DNA from: Chrysomallon squamiferum
Lineage: Eukaryota; Animalia; Mollusca
Length of the DNA stretch: 64,000 nt
NCBI GenBank assembly: GCA_012295275.1
Contig: CM022672.1
Coordinates: 496,001 to 560,000, forward strand
Reading direction: 5' to 3'
Part shown: piece by piece, positions 1-14,400 of the stretch
How the letters are laid out: each line of letters starts with the position of its first letter
How positions within the stretch are numbered: the first letter of the stretch is position 1
Notes under the pieces: generated by a model
What the model was told of the DNA's origin: nothing
Seen by the model: the letters and a program-made list of their open reading frames with translations, nothing else
Database searches by the model: none
Made by a program: the position numbers and the translations under genes

Positions 1-2090
1 ATAGATAATTGTATACAGGTTTAGAAAAAAATCACAGAGTTATTTTTTTTATTCATCTGCTATATCCATTATCTATGTGACACTTTTTTTTTTTTTTTTT
101 TATGAATTAAATTTATGGAAATATATTTACTGTTTATATAAGTTTATATTTAGTAAAATTAGAGAAATGTGGAATAATAATAAACAGTTTTTACTGCAGT
201 TGTCACAATCCACATGTTCTTGTATGTTTTCTTTTACATAAATTACAATATTGCTTGGAAGATTATCTTGTTTTCACAGAGCTACATAAAAACAGATGGA
301 AGAATCTGAAAAAGAATCTTGTCATGACACAAAAGCTAAAATACTCAAACTCTGAATGTGAAACAAAATTTGTAGGAAAACAATTGATATCACATTTTTA
401 ACAAACATACAAAATTAATCTAAACAGCCCAAAAAAAAAAATTAAATTAAATTAAATAAAAGAATGCCAATCCCCTCCCAAAAATTGACTTAAATACTAA
501 ACTGAACTACAAATATTGATATATGAATCCATGTTTTACAGAATTCTTACTGAGTATGAAACTTAATCACATTACATACTGCTGTATGTAAAACTAATCT
601 AAATGATTTACTACAACATATATTAATTAAAAATAAAATAATCATTTATTATGATGTTAAGGTGTGGAAGACATGTTTTTAAAATTTGAAAAGTAAATTA
701 AAAGCAAATACAGCTTTTTTATAATTACGCAATCACAACCTTTGTAAATTAAATAAAAAGTAAGAAAAAATACAAATAAATAAATAACACAAAAAATAAT
801 AAATCACATTAGATTATCACTCATGAAACTCACATTTTTCAACTAATTAATTAATTTAACTGTTGTTTTAGGGTTTATAACAATCTTGATAAGAAAATAG
901 ATACATTTGTTCAATATTGATAACTTTAAGCAAATAGAGTTAACCTTTATTTAGTATACAGAGTGTTGTTTTATATTCAGTAACTAAAATCATGCAGAAT
1001 GACATGTTTATGCAAAAAATAAATTAAAAAAAAGAAGAAGAAGAAATAAACAGCAGTAAAAAGGATTTCTAATCATGGTGTAAGATTAACACTGATAATC
1101 CATATCTTGTACATCAAATCATCAAATCTCAGTAAAAGATCTGTTATATTAAAACATGCAAATCCCTGTATTCTCTCAAAGTACATGAAACAACTTCACC
1201 CAAATACATGAAAATATTCCACACATTATAGAAAAACATCATAACCCAACTACTTGAAAACATTTATACACTCACTTCAAAATACATCACCTCATAACAA
1301 ACACACGAAAACATTTATACAAGTCTCCAAACATACTGGTGCTTTATGATACCCCAATCCCTGTATAGCCTAGTCCCTATAACTTGAAACTCCAGCCCTA
1401 CTCAACATCTGAATGGAACTGTGCAAAAAAAAAAAAAAAAAAAAAAAATCTATTTACAAATGTAAAATGCTGTCACAAGGCAGTCGTGCACTGCACTTTG
1501 TTATTTACATGTATTTACAGTAATGATAATTTACATATAGCAGTAACAGTACTTTACATATAATGGTAATGACAATTTACATGTAGTGGTTGTAGTATTT
1601 TATATATAGCAGTAACAGTAATTTACATAGAGTGGTAATAGTAATTTATCTACATTAACAATCACAGTTTACAAGACGGATATGACACACATACATAAAC
1701 TCTCATGTCACAGATTATATACACAACTTTCACTGGATATGAACAAACAAAAACTAGAGTTAAAACCTGTCTGAGAACATAATGTCAAAAACGGCTGCAT
1801 CTGAATTTGTTACTGACCCTTTTTATTTTTAAAAAACAATTATTCTCCACAATATAAAGTTAAAATATGACATGAGAGTGGTTTTCTTGTTGAATTGAAA
1901 ACAATATTAAGAAATAAAGATTAAAGCTTTTTATCAAACTAAAAGTAAAATATTTCATTTTGATTTGCATTTGGAAGTTTATAGAAAGATAAAAATTCAC
2001 CAAAGCTAATCACTGAGTATTTTACAAATGCAATACATTTGTAATATTATGCAAACATGCCTAGGGTTCTAACAATTAATGTTGTACTCT

Positions 2091-2250
2091 AGCAAAAATT
2101 CACCCAATCAGCACTGTACTAGTAAAATTTCAACCAATCAGCACTATACTATTAAAAATTCACTCAATCAGCACTGTACTAGTAAAAATTCACCCAATCA
2201 ACACTGTACTAGTAAAGATTCACCCAATCAACTCTATATTAGTAAACATT
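2091..2250. repeat. 30-bp minisatellite, ~5.5 copies
   Basis: Unit AGTAAAAATTCACCCAATCAGCACTGTACT. Confidence 0.9.
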
Positions 2251-3281
2251 CAATCAGCTTATACTTCACAGCTGCAAGTATTAATGATATTGGCAAGAAT
2301 GTACTTTACAATAAGCACCATTTGATTCAAGGTGTGTGTTTAATCAGTTCTTACTGGATTCAGTATCTAAAAATAATTTGTTTCTAAAAGTATTCCTGAG
2401 AAATGCCAACAATGAGACCTAATCAGACAAGTGACATTCCAAAAACAAAAAAAACAAAAAATAAATTTAAAAAAATTCAATTTAAAAATAGCTGTTTTAA
2501 ATTTCATCTTCATTATAAAATATTTTGTAATGTTTGTTTATTCGAGAGATTAGTGATATTAATTAGATGTAAATTAAACATACAAAACAATGACATGTCA
2601 CATACAAAGAACAACACATCGATATATAAACACATATAAACCACTGATATCTTGTTTTATGTCATTTTACATTCTGTAGAAAATTTGTGCTCTGTGAAGA
2701 AGTTTTGATATGTATCTTTGTTACAATGTTATTTGTACACTAAAAACTTACATAAAAAATATAAAAACTGAAGTGAGATAATTTAACAGTAAAATATTTT
2801 GATTTTTAGTGGCTCTATAAGTAATAAAATGTTGTTAACACTGCTACAACAAATAAAACAAATAGAACAGTCAAACTGTTAAAAAGAATAAATGATAAAA
2901 GTTGAACCAATAGATAATCCTTTACATCACTTTGAACCATAAACAGTCTTCAAATCATTTTCAACCAATAAATGGATTAATGTAAAGAATGAGTATATGG
3001 GAACAGCTTAACCAATAAACAGTGCTGTTACAAAACAGCCAATCAGAGTAACAAATGAGTAAACAATAAATACTGTAAACAGTGCTTTCAGTATTAACTG
3101 CTATGGTGAGTACAGAGTACAAGTGTACCCAATAAACAGTGCTTTTACAACAACCAGTCAAATCAACATAAACTATTAAATAATGAATTAATGAGTATGT
3201 GAATGAAACCATAAAAATATATTAACAGTTATGAAAATGACTTGCTTTGATTCAATATAAATGCTACAAGGAGATACTTGG

Positions 3282-3422
3282 ATCACACAGTGCCACTGGC
3301 TATTCTAAGACAGCTTGACCAGTCAGATTTAACAAACCAGTGTCAAACAAAGCCACTGGCTAACTCTAAGACAGCTTGACCAGTCAGATTTAACAAATCA
3401 ATGTCACACAGGCCATGGCTAC
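3282..3422. repeat. 61-bp tandem duplication containing the ZIP13 stop-codon region
   Basis: CTAAGACAGCTTGACCAGTCAGATTTAACAAA occurs twice, 61 bp apart; GCCA(C)TGGCTA occurs three times. Confidence 0.85.
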
Positions 3423-3462
3423 AATTCCACTGCTCAGACAGGCCACCTGTTTCACCGATTCC
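3390..3462 (-). CDS. SLC39A13: ZIP13 exon 9 (terminal)
   Basis: cttacag|G GAA TCG...TGT TAA; encodes [23 protein letters not shown] (TM8). Confidence 0.88.
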
Positions 3463-6400
3463 CTGTAAGAAAAAAGAACACGCTTTTACATGTGTGTCAC
3501 TGACTAGATGTGAATGAACCAGACAGTCTCTGTCTAAAACTGTACAGTACAGAACATTCTAACTTTAAACTACAGACATTTAAGAAAAATGGACTTATTT
3601 CTCACAGAATTAGTTATTTGTAGCAATTAGTCATTTAGTGTAACTCCCAAATACATTAATTTAAACAAGAAAGAAATCTCCATTTCAGACAACAAAATTT
3701 TACCTTTCTGTTTTCATTTAAATGATTTTAAAATAAATTATATAAAATGCTGCCAAAAATAATAGAAAATAAAGAACTGAAACCTTTTGATGTGCATCAA
3801 AATAATGTTTATCAGTCAGACGCAAGCATTAAGAAAACAAGAACAATGAACAACTGTTTTGTTGGTGTTTGTGAATAAAATACTAAACAATTTAGAACAT
3901 GAACACACCATGCATGTTTTTCTTGAAGCAGATCAGGAACAACTGTTACAAGAGCTATGTACAGAAATCCACCGGATGTGAAAGGCAAAATCCACGCAGT
4001 TCTCTCCCCTGAAAAACAAAAGCAAAGATTCATTAGCTGGAAACTATTTGTTTAATTACATATCTTCAGTTTTACTTTATTTAGTGTTGATTGTGAGAAT
4101 GGCATACTTCAGTGACTGCATTTACCATGCAGGGTGAAGGGAAGCACATACTAAGGTGTTACATAAACCAGTTACAGGACACTACAAAGTAAAAACAAAA
4201 TGGATGCACTGATATGTTTTAATCTGTATTGTCAAAAATGTCATCCTCAGCTTATTATTTATTTATCTTTCAAAACAGATAAATTCAGAGTAAAAGACTG
4301 CTATCATTATGTTACTACTGTTATTAATTTATAAAAAATTTAAAGTAGAAACCTGCAGATTGTGCCGAGTCAGCAGTTAAAGCTGTCAAAGCTCCAAGAA
4401 CGCCTCCTGTTGCCGTTAGCAACTGAAATATAAAAATAATAACTTTTCTATAGAATAATAATAACAGAAAAAACTTGTTTACTTCAGTTCTCAATAATTT
4501 GTCACAACTAACACTTTCCTTTTCATACATTACAACTATTGTAATACACATCAGTTTATCCCACAGTCAGTTCTATTTCAAACAAGTTAATAATTCAAGT
4601 TAGGAAGATGATCTTGTTTTCTTGAGATAACATTAAAAACAGATGTTTTTGAATAATTTGAATATTTGTATAATACTAAAAACCAAGACACAAACCAGAC
4701 ATAGCACACACAAAATACAAACTAAACCATTCCAATCTCCATCCCCAAAAAACAGCAACAAACAAACAACAGCCCATGCACAAATCTGTGAGATATGCAG
4801 ATTAACTCACCTGTGTAAAGATGAGATGATGTATTTTATTGACAACTCAGGTGTGTAAAGGTGAGATGATGTGTGTATTTTATTGACAACTCAGGTGTGT
4901 AAAGGTGAGATGATGTGTGTATTTTATTGACAACTCACCTGTGTAAAGGTGAGATGATGTGCATATTTTATTGACAACTCAGGTGTGTAAAGGTGAGATG
5001 ATGTATTTTATTGACAACTCACCTGTGTAAAGATTAGATGATGTATTTTATTGATAACTCAGGTGTGTAAAGGTGAGATGATGTATTTTATTGACAACTC
5101 AGGTGTGTAAAGGTGAGATGATGTATTTTATTGACAACTCAGGTGTGTAAAGGTGAGATGATGTATTTTATTGACAACTCATCTGTGTAAAGGTGAGATG
5201 ATCTGTCTATTTTACGGTCAACTCACCTGTGCTTTCGCAGCCTGCCACCGGTCAAATCCTGACCTCAACAAAATGGCAAAGTCACCAACCTCATGCGGGA
5301 TTTCATGTAGTAAAATAGCAAACGTTGTTAGAAAACCAACCTGCAATGTAAACAATATTTTTATAACAACTAACACAACCAGAAAAATGTAATATTTAAA
5401 TTAATGCTTTAGAGCAGATAAAAAAAAAGAAACAAACAAAAAACCTGTAAACTCAACAATTATATAAATAAATAAAAAGGTAAAGAAGAAATAAACACAT
5501 GAAAAAAACAACAATGTAGTAGGAAATAAATTAATAAAATAATAGTTTGAAACAACAAATATAGACAATTATATTGAAAAATCATTTAACATTTATTTGT
5601 GTTTAATTCAGCTTTAGTAGAACAAATATCTTTGTGACTGAAAATCCAGAAACATTAAAACAAAAACAGAAACATGTTTCAGTGTGTGATATTTTTAATC
5701 TGATGATGCTAAGAGATTTGAACACAGATACCTTGGGACTGATAAGGAAGCTGCCAGCGACAGCAAGACCATGAGTAAAATTATCTATACAGTTAGCCAG
5801 CAAATTCAGATAACCACTGACCTGGAAAAACAGAATAAACAGTAGTAAGTTGTGTAAAAGTCAGAAAAATAATAATTTGAAAATCACATTCAAATTAGTC
5901 AAAAATATCTGTTTTTAATGTCATCTCAAGAAAACAAGATAATCTTCCTGACTTGAATTATTAATTTGTTTGAAACAGAAGTGACTGTGTGTATAAACTG
6001 ATGTATATTACAATAGTTGTAATTTATGTAAAAGAAACTGCTTTAGTTTCATTGTCGTCTGACCTTTAAAAAAATAAAATCAAACTAACAACCAAAATAA
6101 GAATTATTGTTCTTTATATTTAAAAAAAAAAATGAAACTATTTTTTACATATCAACTATAATGAATTACTTTTAGACTTGGAAATGAAAAAGGAGATTTA
6201 CTTATTTTAATACATTGCATTGTCAATATAAAATTAAATAAAAAGTTTACATGAGAAAAGTATTAAATAAAAATATAAAAATGCTTACTTTAATATGCTC
6301 ACTCTTTTTCTGGCTATTTTTGGTATCACATTTTTGATTTGATATATAGTTGTTTTTATTACACTGTCCATTTGATATTAAACATTTCTTCCTGTTTTGT

Positions 6401-7916
6401 CCAGTGAGGATACTTTTTGATTTGTTTTTGTGTTTATGTTTGTGTTTGCTGTGTTGAATGTTTGTGGTTTTGTTGATATATCCATTGGTCTGTTCACTGA
6501 AGTTAACTGTACCAGAGTGTATCAAATCTTTATTCATTACATCATCAAACTGAAAAAAGACAAAAATAAGAAAAACATAAAAATCATACCAATCAAAATT
6601 CTGTATCAAATCTAGTTGAGTAACTCAGTTATTGCTACATCTAACTACTCGAGGTAGTTCTCTAGATTTGAACCTGTAGACTTCAGCACAGTTAAGTTAA
6701 TAAAAAAAGAGCAAGGCTTTGAATAGAAAAATGTTTGTTCTTCATCAGAAATGTAGAAATGACAAGTCTCACTGTTAGTACTGAAAATTAAAGTACTGTG
6801 AACTTTATGACTTTATTATTAGCAGAGTTTTGATGTAATATAAATACAATCAATGAATTTACTTTTTTATAAATATTTATAAAATCAATTAAAAAAAACC
6901 TGCCAAATTTGAATTTTGATATAGAACATCTCCGAAGTTAATTAATTTGCAAAAATTATAATACTTACTCTTTCAAATTCATCTTCATCTCCAAAAGTCT
7001 TTTCAATAATCAGAAACATCAGCATACCTGTTATCACCCAGCAACCAATTCTGGTATGACCTATGTGAAAATTATCTAAAAACAAAGCAGTTGTTTAAAT
7101 ACATTAAACACATGCAACACATTTGCATACACATCAAAATATATACAAAAACGTTTAGAAAATACAGACTCTCTATATAAAAAAAGTTAGAAGATAAATA
7201 CAGATTTGTTATTTTTAAGTGTATTAAAATGTTATTACTTTGAATCTTTGTAATTAGATATCTGGACCCATTATCAGTTCTGGGAAAAAAACAGTACAAT
7301 TTTTTATTTTTTTTTCCTTTTTATATAATGTGCCACTGGTGGGTTTTGAAGGATATTTTTTTAATTTTTTTTTTTATTTTTTTTTATTTAAATGATAAAA
7401 GGTTGCTATTATTAAAAAGAAAATAAATGTTATACATCAAATAGTGTACAGTACTACAAGAAACAAAATTATTTTTAATGACATCTGCCAGTTATCATTT
7501 GTATTTTTTTCTGAATGAATAGCAATGCAATACTGGTTGGAACTGGAAACAAGATGACAGGTCATAAATTGTGATCATATGAGAACATGATGGAAAACAC
7601 AATGTTAATTTTTTTAAATGTAACAAACCTTTATCTACATAGGCCCAGGCTTCAGGAAGTAGATGTAGAAAGACATCGCCTAGGAGACCACCAACAGCAA
7701 AACTTAACATCAACTTGAGATTAGCCGCAGCCGCTAGAAATAAACAAAAAACAAATAAACACACAAACAGACAGACAAACAAACGAACAAAACAATAAAC
7801 AAACAAATAAATAAACACATAAATCAATAAATCAATAATTTGAATAAACAAATAAACACATAAATATATAAATAAATAAATAAATAAACAAATCAAACAA
7901 TAAACAAACAAACACA

Positions 7917-7959
<43 letters not shown>

Positions 7960-8446
7960 CAAAAACAAGCAAGCAAACAAATAAATAAATAAAGAAAGAA
8001 ATAATAATGTTCAATACTTAAATAAAACATACTAAAAATATCAATTCTCACTGCAGCTGGTTATAATTGTGAATATTTTTTGCTTCTAATAATAATAATA
8101 ATAAAACAGTAACAATACATAAAAATAATAAAATAAAGAATAAAATTCAGAGTATCGTGACACATGATGTAAATAACTGAGTTATAAATACAAATTCTTT
8201 GTATTCTCACTAACACCAGCAGAACATGACAAACACTGTTTACATCATGACAGTATGATGTTATACAAAAGTAACTTTTACACCTACACACAAAACTAAT
8301 ATGTGATGTTCTGATGTAATAAATATCCATAATAAACTAATGAAAATCATCACAAAACAAAATAGAAAAGGAGAAAAATGTCAGACATAACCACATATGT
8401 ACTCACACACACACGTTGTATATTGACTGACAGATAAATAGAAAAC

Positions 8447-8496
<50 letters not shown>

Positions 8497-11400
8497 TATA
8501 AGGAGATAGGCTTTCACTTCTTCTTTGCCAAATTATGCCATTTCATTTTTTATATCAGTAAATGAAAACCAAGTTTATTTTGAGAATTATATTCCCAAAC
8601 TGACAACACCATGCAAATCGGAAGTCTTAGTGCAGAGCTGATATCTTGTACATTTATTTGTATGTAGGATGCTACAACCTGATGTATTTTACAAGACACT
8701 TATCAGTTTGATGAAAATCTCAGTCTAGTCTGCGTAACTTGCCTTGTGTGGGAAAGATCAGTGTGACATAACAAGACATGTAATTACCACTTTATCTCAG
8801 CCCGGCTGGACTCTGCTGAGTGCATGCGCCAAATTGAGTAAGAGAAACCATCTGCACAGAGATCTTCACTGAAACCTCTCTACACTCACACACAAACAAC
8901 TCTCTACTCACACACAAAATACTCTGCACTCACACTCACAAAATAACCTCAAGTGACCTCTGCCACTTCATTCATCCACTGGAGTAAAGAAGTGGCACAC
9001 TGAGAGAGGTGCAGACAAAATGGTTTTGGAAGTACAGAAAGATCCGAAAAAAGAAGTTTCTGGACAGCAGATTTCGGTAAGCAGTTTGTTACTAAGTTTG
9101 TGAAATGCTCGTTATACAACACACAGGACTGAGTTATCCTGTTTACCACATAGCATGAGGTGTGCATTGTTTGTATGTTCTTCTAACATAATGTGCCAGT
9201 CTGTTGTCATGGGAACACTAAGATTTGTAGCCATATGGCTGGGAATGCATACTGAGATAAAGGCATGTACTGCTTCCTTGAACAAGTATCACATTTCACT
9301 GGAGATATGATTTTAAAATATAAACTTGTTATTATAATAAGTAGCTGCTGATTACAAACAAATAATTAAAAAACTTTGTGTCACCCTGCAGCATACTCAC
9401 TAGATCATATTGTTTTTTTCTGATACAAAGAAAACCTGTTGTAATCTTTTTTTAAACCCCTTCTCATCCTCCCACAGTGAGGGAATCACACTTTTGATTA
9501 TGTCAGATATTTGTTATTAACAACAATTCAGATTACTGTAATTTCCATCCCAATAACATCATATTAAAAAAGGTAAAGAACAAAAATGTTGCAAAGTTTA
9601 ACAACTGTTGACAATTATTTTTAACATTGTTTATTTTACCTGAAACTAATAACTGAGTTGGATCAATCACAGACTCTCATGTCAGTTTAATTAACACAGT
9701 AAGAACAAAATCAACGAACACAGCAGTTATCTGTAAAACAGCAATCAGTGAAAAATAATACATTTTTTTTTATTGCAAAACAAACAACTGGTTCTACTAA
9801 AACAACAACTACTACTACTACTACCACTGCTACAACTACTAATAAAGCTTTCAGTGATTTTCCACTATATTTAGATAGCAAATTTTTATTTATTTTCATC
9901 TCTCTATTTATGTTTTTCTGTCTGTGTAATGGTTTGTTTACTTAAAATAATTTGTGTGTATTCTAAGTGTGTCTGTTTGTCTGCTGTGGATAAACACAAA
10001 GATAATTGTCAGTTTAATATTCTAACAACACTGTTACCATAGCTTTCCTTAGTTACAAGTTTTATCATTATGTATCAAACTGTTGATTCTCTCATATTCT
10101 TTTCTTATTTATAATTTGATTCCTTCTTATTATCATCATTAAAGCATTTTTAATTGTTATAGTTTAAAGTTTTGTTATTAACTGTTTTTAATTATTACAT
10201 ACACATTGTAGCATATTTTCTTTCAATGTGCCTACAAGCTGTAAGATTTGCACACTAGCATACACTCACTTAAACTGTCAAATGCAGCACTGCCCTGTGA
10301 TTGTAGACTCAACATTCCCAACTGCAGATTTCTTGGCACTTTGACTTTATCATAATATGATGAGAGGCCCTCTATGGTATAACCACATTATAATCTAAGA
10401 TTTACTGAGTACTAATATAAACATGATACTTTGGGTGAAATAACACATACTACACAATTTACAAGTAAAACAAACCACAGAGTGATAGTTTATTTACAAA
10501 ATTACTATATGTTTTCTTTCAAACTGGCAGCCTTTTTGTGTCCTGCTAGAGCTAAGAATAAATATCAGGTTCATGTGACAATAATTAAAAAAGAAAAAAC
10601 AAAGCATTATCTATGATTATGTTAATATATAAGCAGTATTATTTGTACAAGTTCAATACTTATAACTCTGACAAATGTCTTTAACATTCATGGTTCATCA
10701 GATTTACATGGTTGGGGCCATTTTTACACCATATGACTATGGTGCTATTTATAGAATACAAAACCAAAAATGGCTGCTTAAAAACTGCTCAACAGATAAT
10801 AATATTATTTGATATTATAACCATATGATCAAAGGCACTGAATTCGATACAACATATTACTAAAAGTTCTTTTGAGATAACTCTGACAAAAACATGAGAC
10901 AAGCTCTTCTCAGAATAGAGGCTAAATTCATTATTAACATGAGGTCTGTTTTCCTTTCTGAAATAATGTGTTGATAAAAAAACTGTTTCCCAAAATATAA
11001 ATTAGAAACCTGATTAAGATAACAAAACATACTAATAGAAAAATAAGCTCTCAAAGCAATAGTGACAGTTTTTATTTTATGAAATAAGTTTCTTAATCTG
11101 AGAATAAAAAATCATATTCATACACAGATTTGTTCTTTGTAATGAAACTCATTTCATCTTGCAATTATGTACACCTCTGAAGATGCCAATATCTTCTGAA
11201 ATCTGGCATCTTGTCTAATTCCTGCATTTGTTACAGGAGAACTGCAGTACTGAAAGAATCTGCTTGCATATTCATCACTCCCATCCACTGTATTAAGAAA
11301 TTCATTACCTAGGTGGTTTTGAATTGTTGGTTTTATTAAAGAAATCCAGATACCGAGGTTAAGTGACTTGTTCTATGAATATTCTAAGAACTGCAAAGAC

Positions 11401-14400
11401 CCCAGAGATTAGTACTGCTGACATTCTTAGTGACTAACATGATGTACTTGTCTGTAACCAACCTAGTTACTCTTCTCTGACACATCTTTCTAAGAGAAAA
11501 ACTTCAGGTTGGATATTAATATCTTAACACATCCTCTATATTAACGAGTATTAGGTAATGTCAAACATGTAAGAGGCAATCCACTGCAACAATTCAGTGA
11601 GCTAATTTAGTTCATTAGCTGGGGTAAGTGATGTATAAAACTGACATCATTCTGTGAACTGTTCAAGTTCATTAGATGTGAAGCATATTTTATAAAAGAT
11701 TTCTCCCCACAGGGAGTGAAGAATCTAACTTGGCTTTTGCTAATTAACTCACAGACACTTCTGAAATGGGAAACAACTCAGTGAGTAAACTGAAGAGAAT
11801 TGATCCTTTGATCTCTCTCACCACAAGCAAGTTATTATCTAATCACAGAAAACAGTCTTTTCCTTCATAAATCAGGGGTTTATTATTTGTAACCAACTGT
11901 AAACATCTGAAATATCAAATCTTTTCAAAACACTTGTGTTATTTTTCTTGTAACCAAGTTAAAACTAATTATGCTGGTGTCTGTACATCTGTCAGTATAT
12001 GCAGAGAAATGCTCAGTGTGGGAGTCTGATTTGAAAGGTTACCAGTATGAGCAGTTTGAAATGATCTCAGACTGCTGCAGGTTGCTCCAGCCTGGAATAT
12101 AATATTGACATATTTATATCAAACTGAAGATGAACTGAATGAAGACACAGTAAAACAACAGGACTGACAGATTCATGGTAAGTATGCTAAACAACCTATC
12201 ATCTGCGTTTTCTTGTACCTCACTAATCATCAGTAGTAAACATTTATTTATTATGAGAGAAAATTATTTTTATTTCAACTGGACACAAATATTCTGTCAT
12301 CAGTAGCAAATATTTATTTATTAAGATGAGAGAAAATTATTTATATTTCAACTGGATCCTAAGTTTCTATTAACACTAGTAACTATTTATTATTTATTAT
12401 GAAAGAATATTATTAATGCAAGCTAATAATGTTTTACATTTTCACACACAGAACAGCACATACAGTTTTTTTGTGAACTGTCACAGATCTAGTTTTCTAA
12501 ACTGTGTAATAACTGACTAGTCAGAAAGTGTTCACTAATCTTTAGCTGTATTTAACAGCACTGTCAGAAACATTACTGTTACCAAGGCATTAATATTTAA
12601 CATTATATATAAAAATACATTTACCAAAATTTTACATGAAAATGTTTGTGAAAGAGCAAATTCTTTTTTCATTCAATGATCATCATCACAAAATATTTTG
12701 TATATATGTATGTATGCATGCATGTTTGTGTGCATGTGTAATTTCAATTATCCAGTAAAGATATTTTTCTTAAAGTCTCAGTTTAACCTCCCTCCCTCTC
12801 TCTTTTCTTTCTCTCTCTCTCTTTCCTATACAGTTAATTTGAAAAGGTTATTCAAACATTCAAGTTTTACAAGCAACCCATTATGATACATGTACACATG
12901 CACATACAAGCAAACACATACTCACACACCCACACAAACACACAATTAAACACATAAACATACACATACACCCAAACACATCACACACACACACACACAC
13001 TCATCTCAGTCAGTATATTAATAAAACTGCTGTGAAATGAAGTATAGCATTTTCACAAACATGGTTACAGTTATTTTCTTCTTAATGTCACTGGTAAAAT
13101 TAAGCAGTATTAATGGTATTTCCACTGTCATATTTCTGTGCTACAAAGTAATAAAAGAAACATATAGATGTATGTGTCTATAAAATTTACAAATGTAATT
13201 GCATTTTAGTTGAGTAATCAAAATGTTTTTTCTCTCTCTCTTTCTCCATCACAAACACACATATATAAAATTTACTTTACTGTTAAGAGACCGATTCAGT
13301 TTCTGAAGACCATTGTTGTCACTGCCAGATTTCTTCTAGAGTTTTCTGTCTCAAATCATTTACATACCAAACATTACTATTAAAACATATTATATTATCT
13401 ATTTAAATTCCGAGATGAAAGTATTAAAAATATACAACTGTAACGACAGTGTTGAATATCAGTCAACAGTACCAACTATTAAAACTTAATCTGAAATAAA
13501 AACAATTTTTCTTGTAATCTTTGAAATAATGTATATTTCACTCAGCAGATTTGGTTTTTAATGGATATTTTAGGTAATGAAGTATTTTCTGTTTCTGTAA
13601 AAGTTATTGAATAGCAAGAACGGATCTATGAATTGGATACATGTCTGTGGCAGAAATAGGGAGGGTTTGACCCATGAATCCATCATGCTCTTTATTAATC
13701 CCATAAACTGTTAAGCATGGCAAAATGAGACAAACAATGAAAAATGTGACCAACATTCACATAAAGCCTACGCTGTGATTCTTATTTTTCACTCTGCAAC
13801 CTAAATACAGCATGCAGGAATGTAAGAAATACTCATTATTGAGTAAAACATGCCTGTTATCATCAGGACAATCTAACTGTAAACTTTTTCTAAGTTTTGT
13901 AATAACTGATGTACAAGCATTTACTTTGTTCTCAAGCAGGAAACACTTTAACTGTGTTTAATTAGCTGATGACAATCCTGGAAAAACTAAACAATACCTT
14001 ACTTGTGTTATTAGCACATTAATTATATTTGTGGTGTCTGTGTACAGTTGTGTATTTATATATAAATGTGTACATGCATCTGTTTATACTGATATATATG
14101 TTGTGTGTGTGTGCCTGTGTACATTTGTGTGCTTTTGTTTATATATATATGTATGTATGTATGTATGTATATGTGTTTGTGTGCATTTGTATTCTGATAA
14201 CATATTTGAAAATTCATAAAATTAACTGCTTTTACTCATTAAATCATATTATTATTTGTTATTATATACATAAACCTTGTGAAGATTAATGTTGGGAAAT
14301 AATTAACAATATATAAAAAAAAAATTATTTTAAAAGTATAATAATAATAATAAAATTTTAAAATAATAAGCTGAAGATGTTTAATTATAATTTTATTATG

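Noticed and set aside
7734-7980. Long hydrophobic N-terminal extension of ZIP13 exon 2 in the ORF track
   Set aside because: An intronic (TTTA/TTTG)n microsatellite upstream of the acceptor, not a transmembrane domain.
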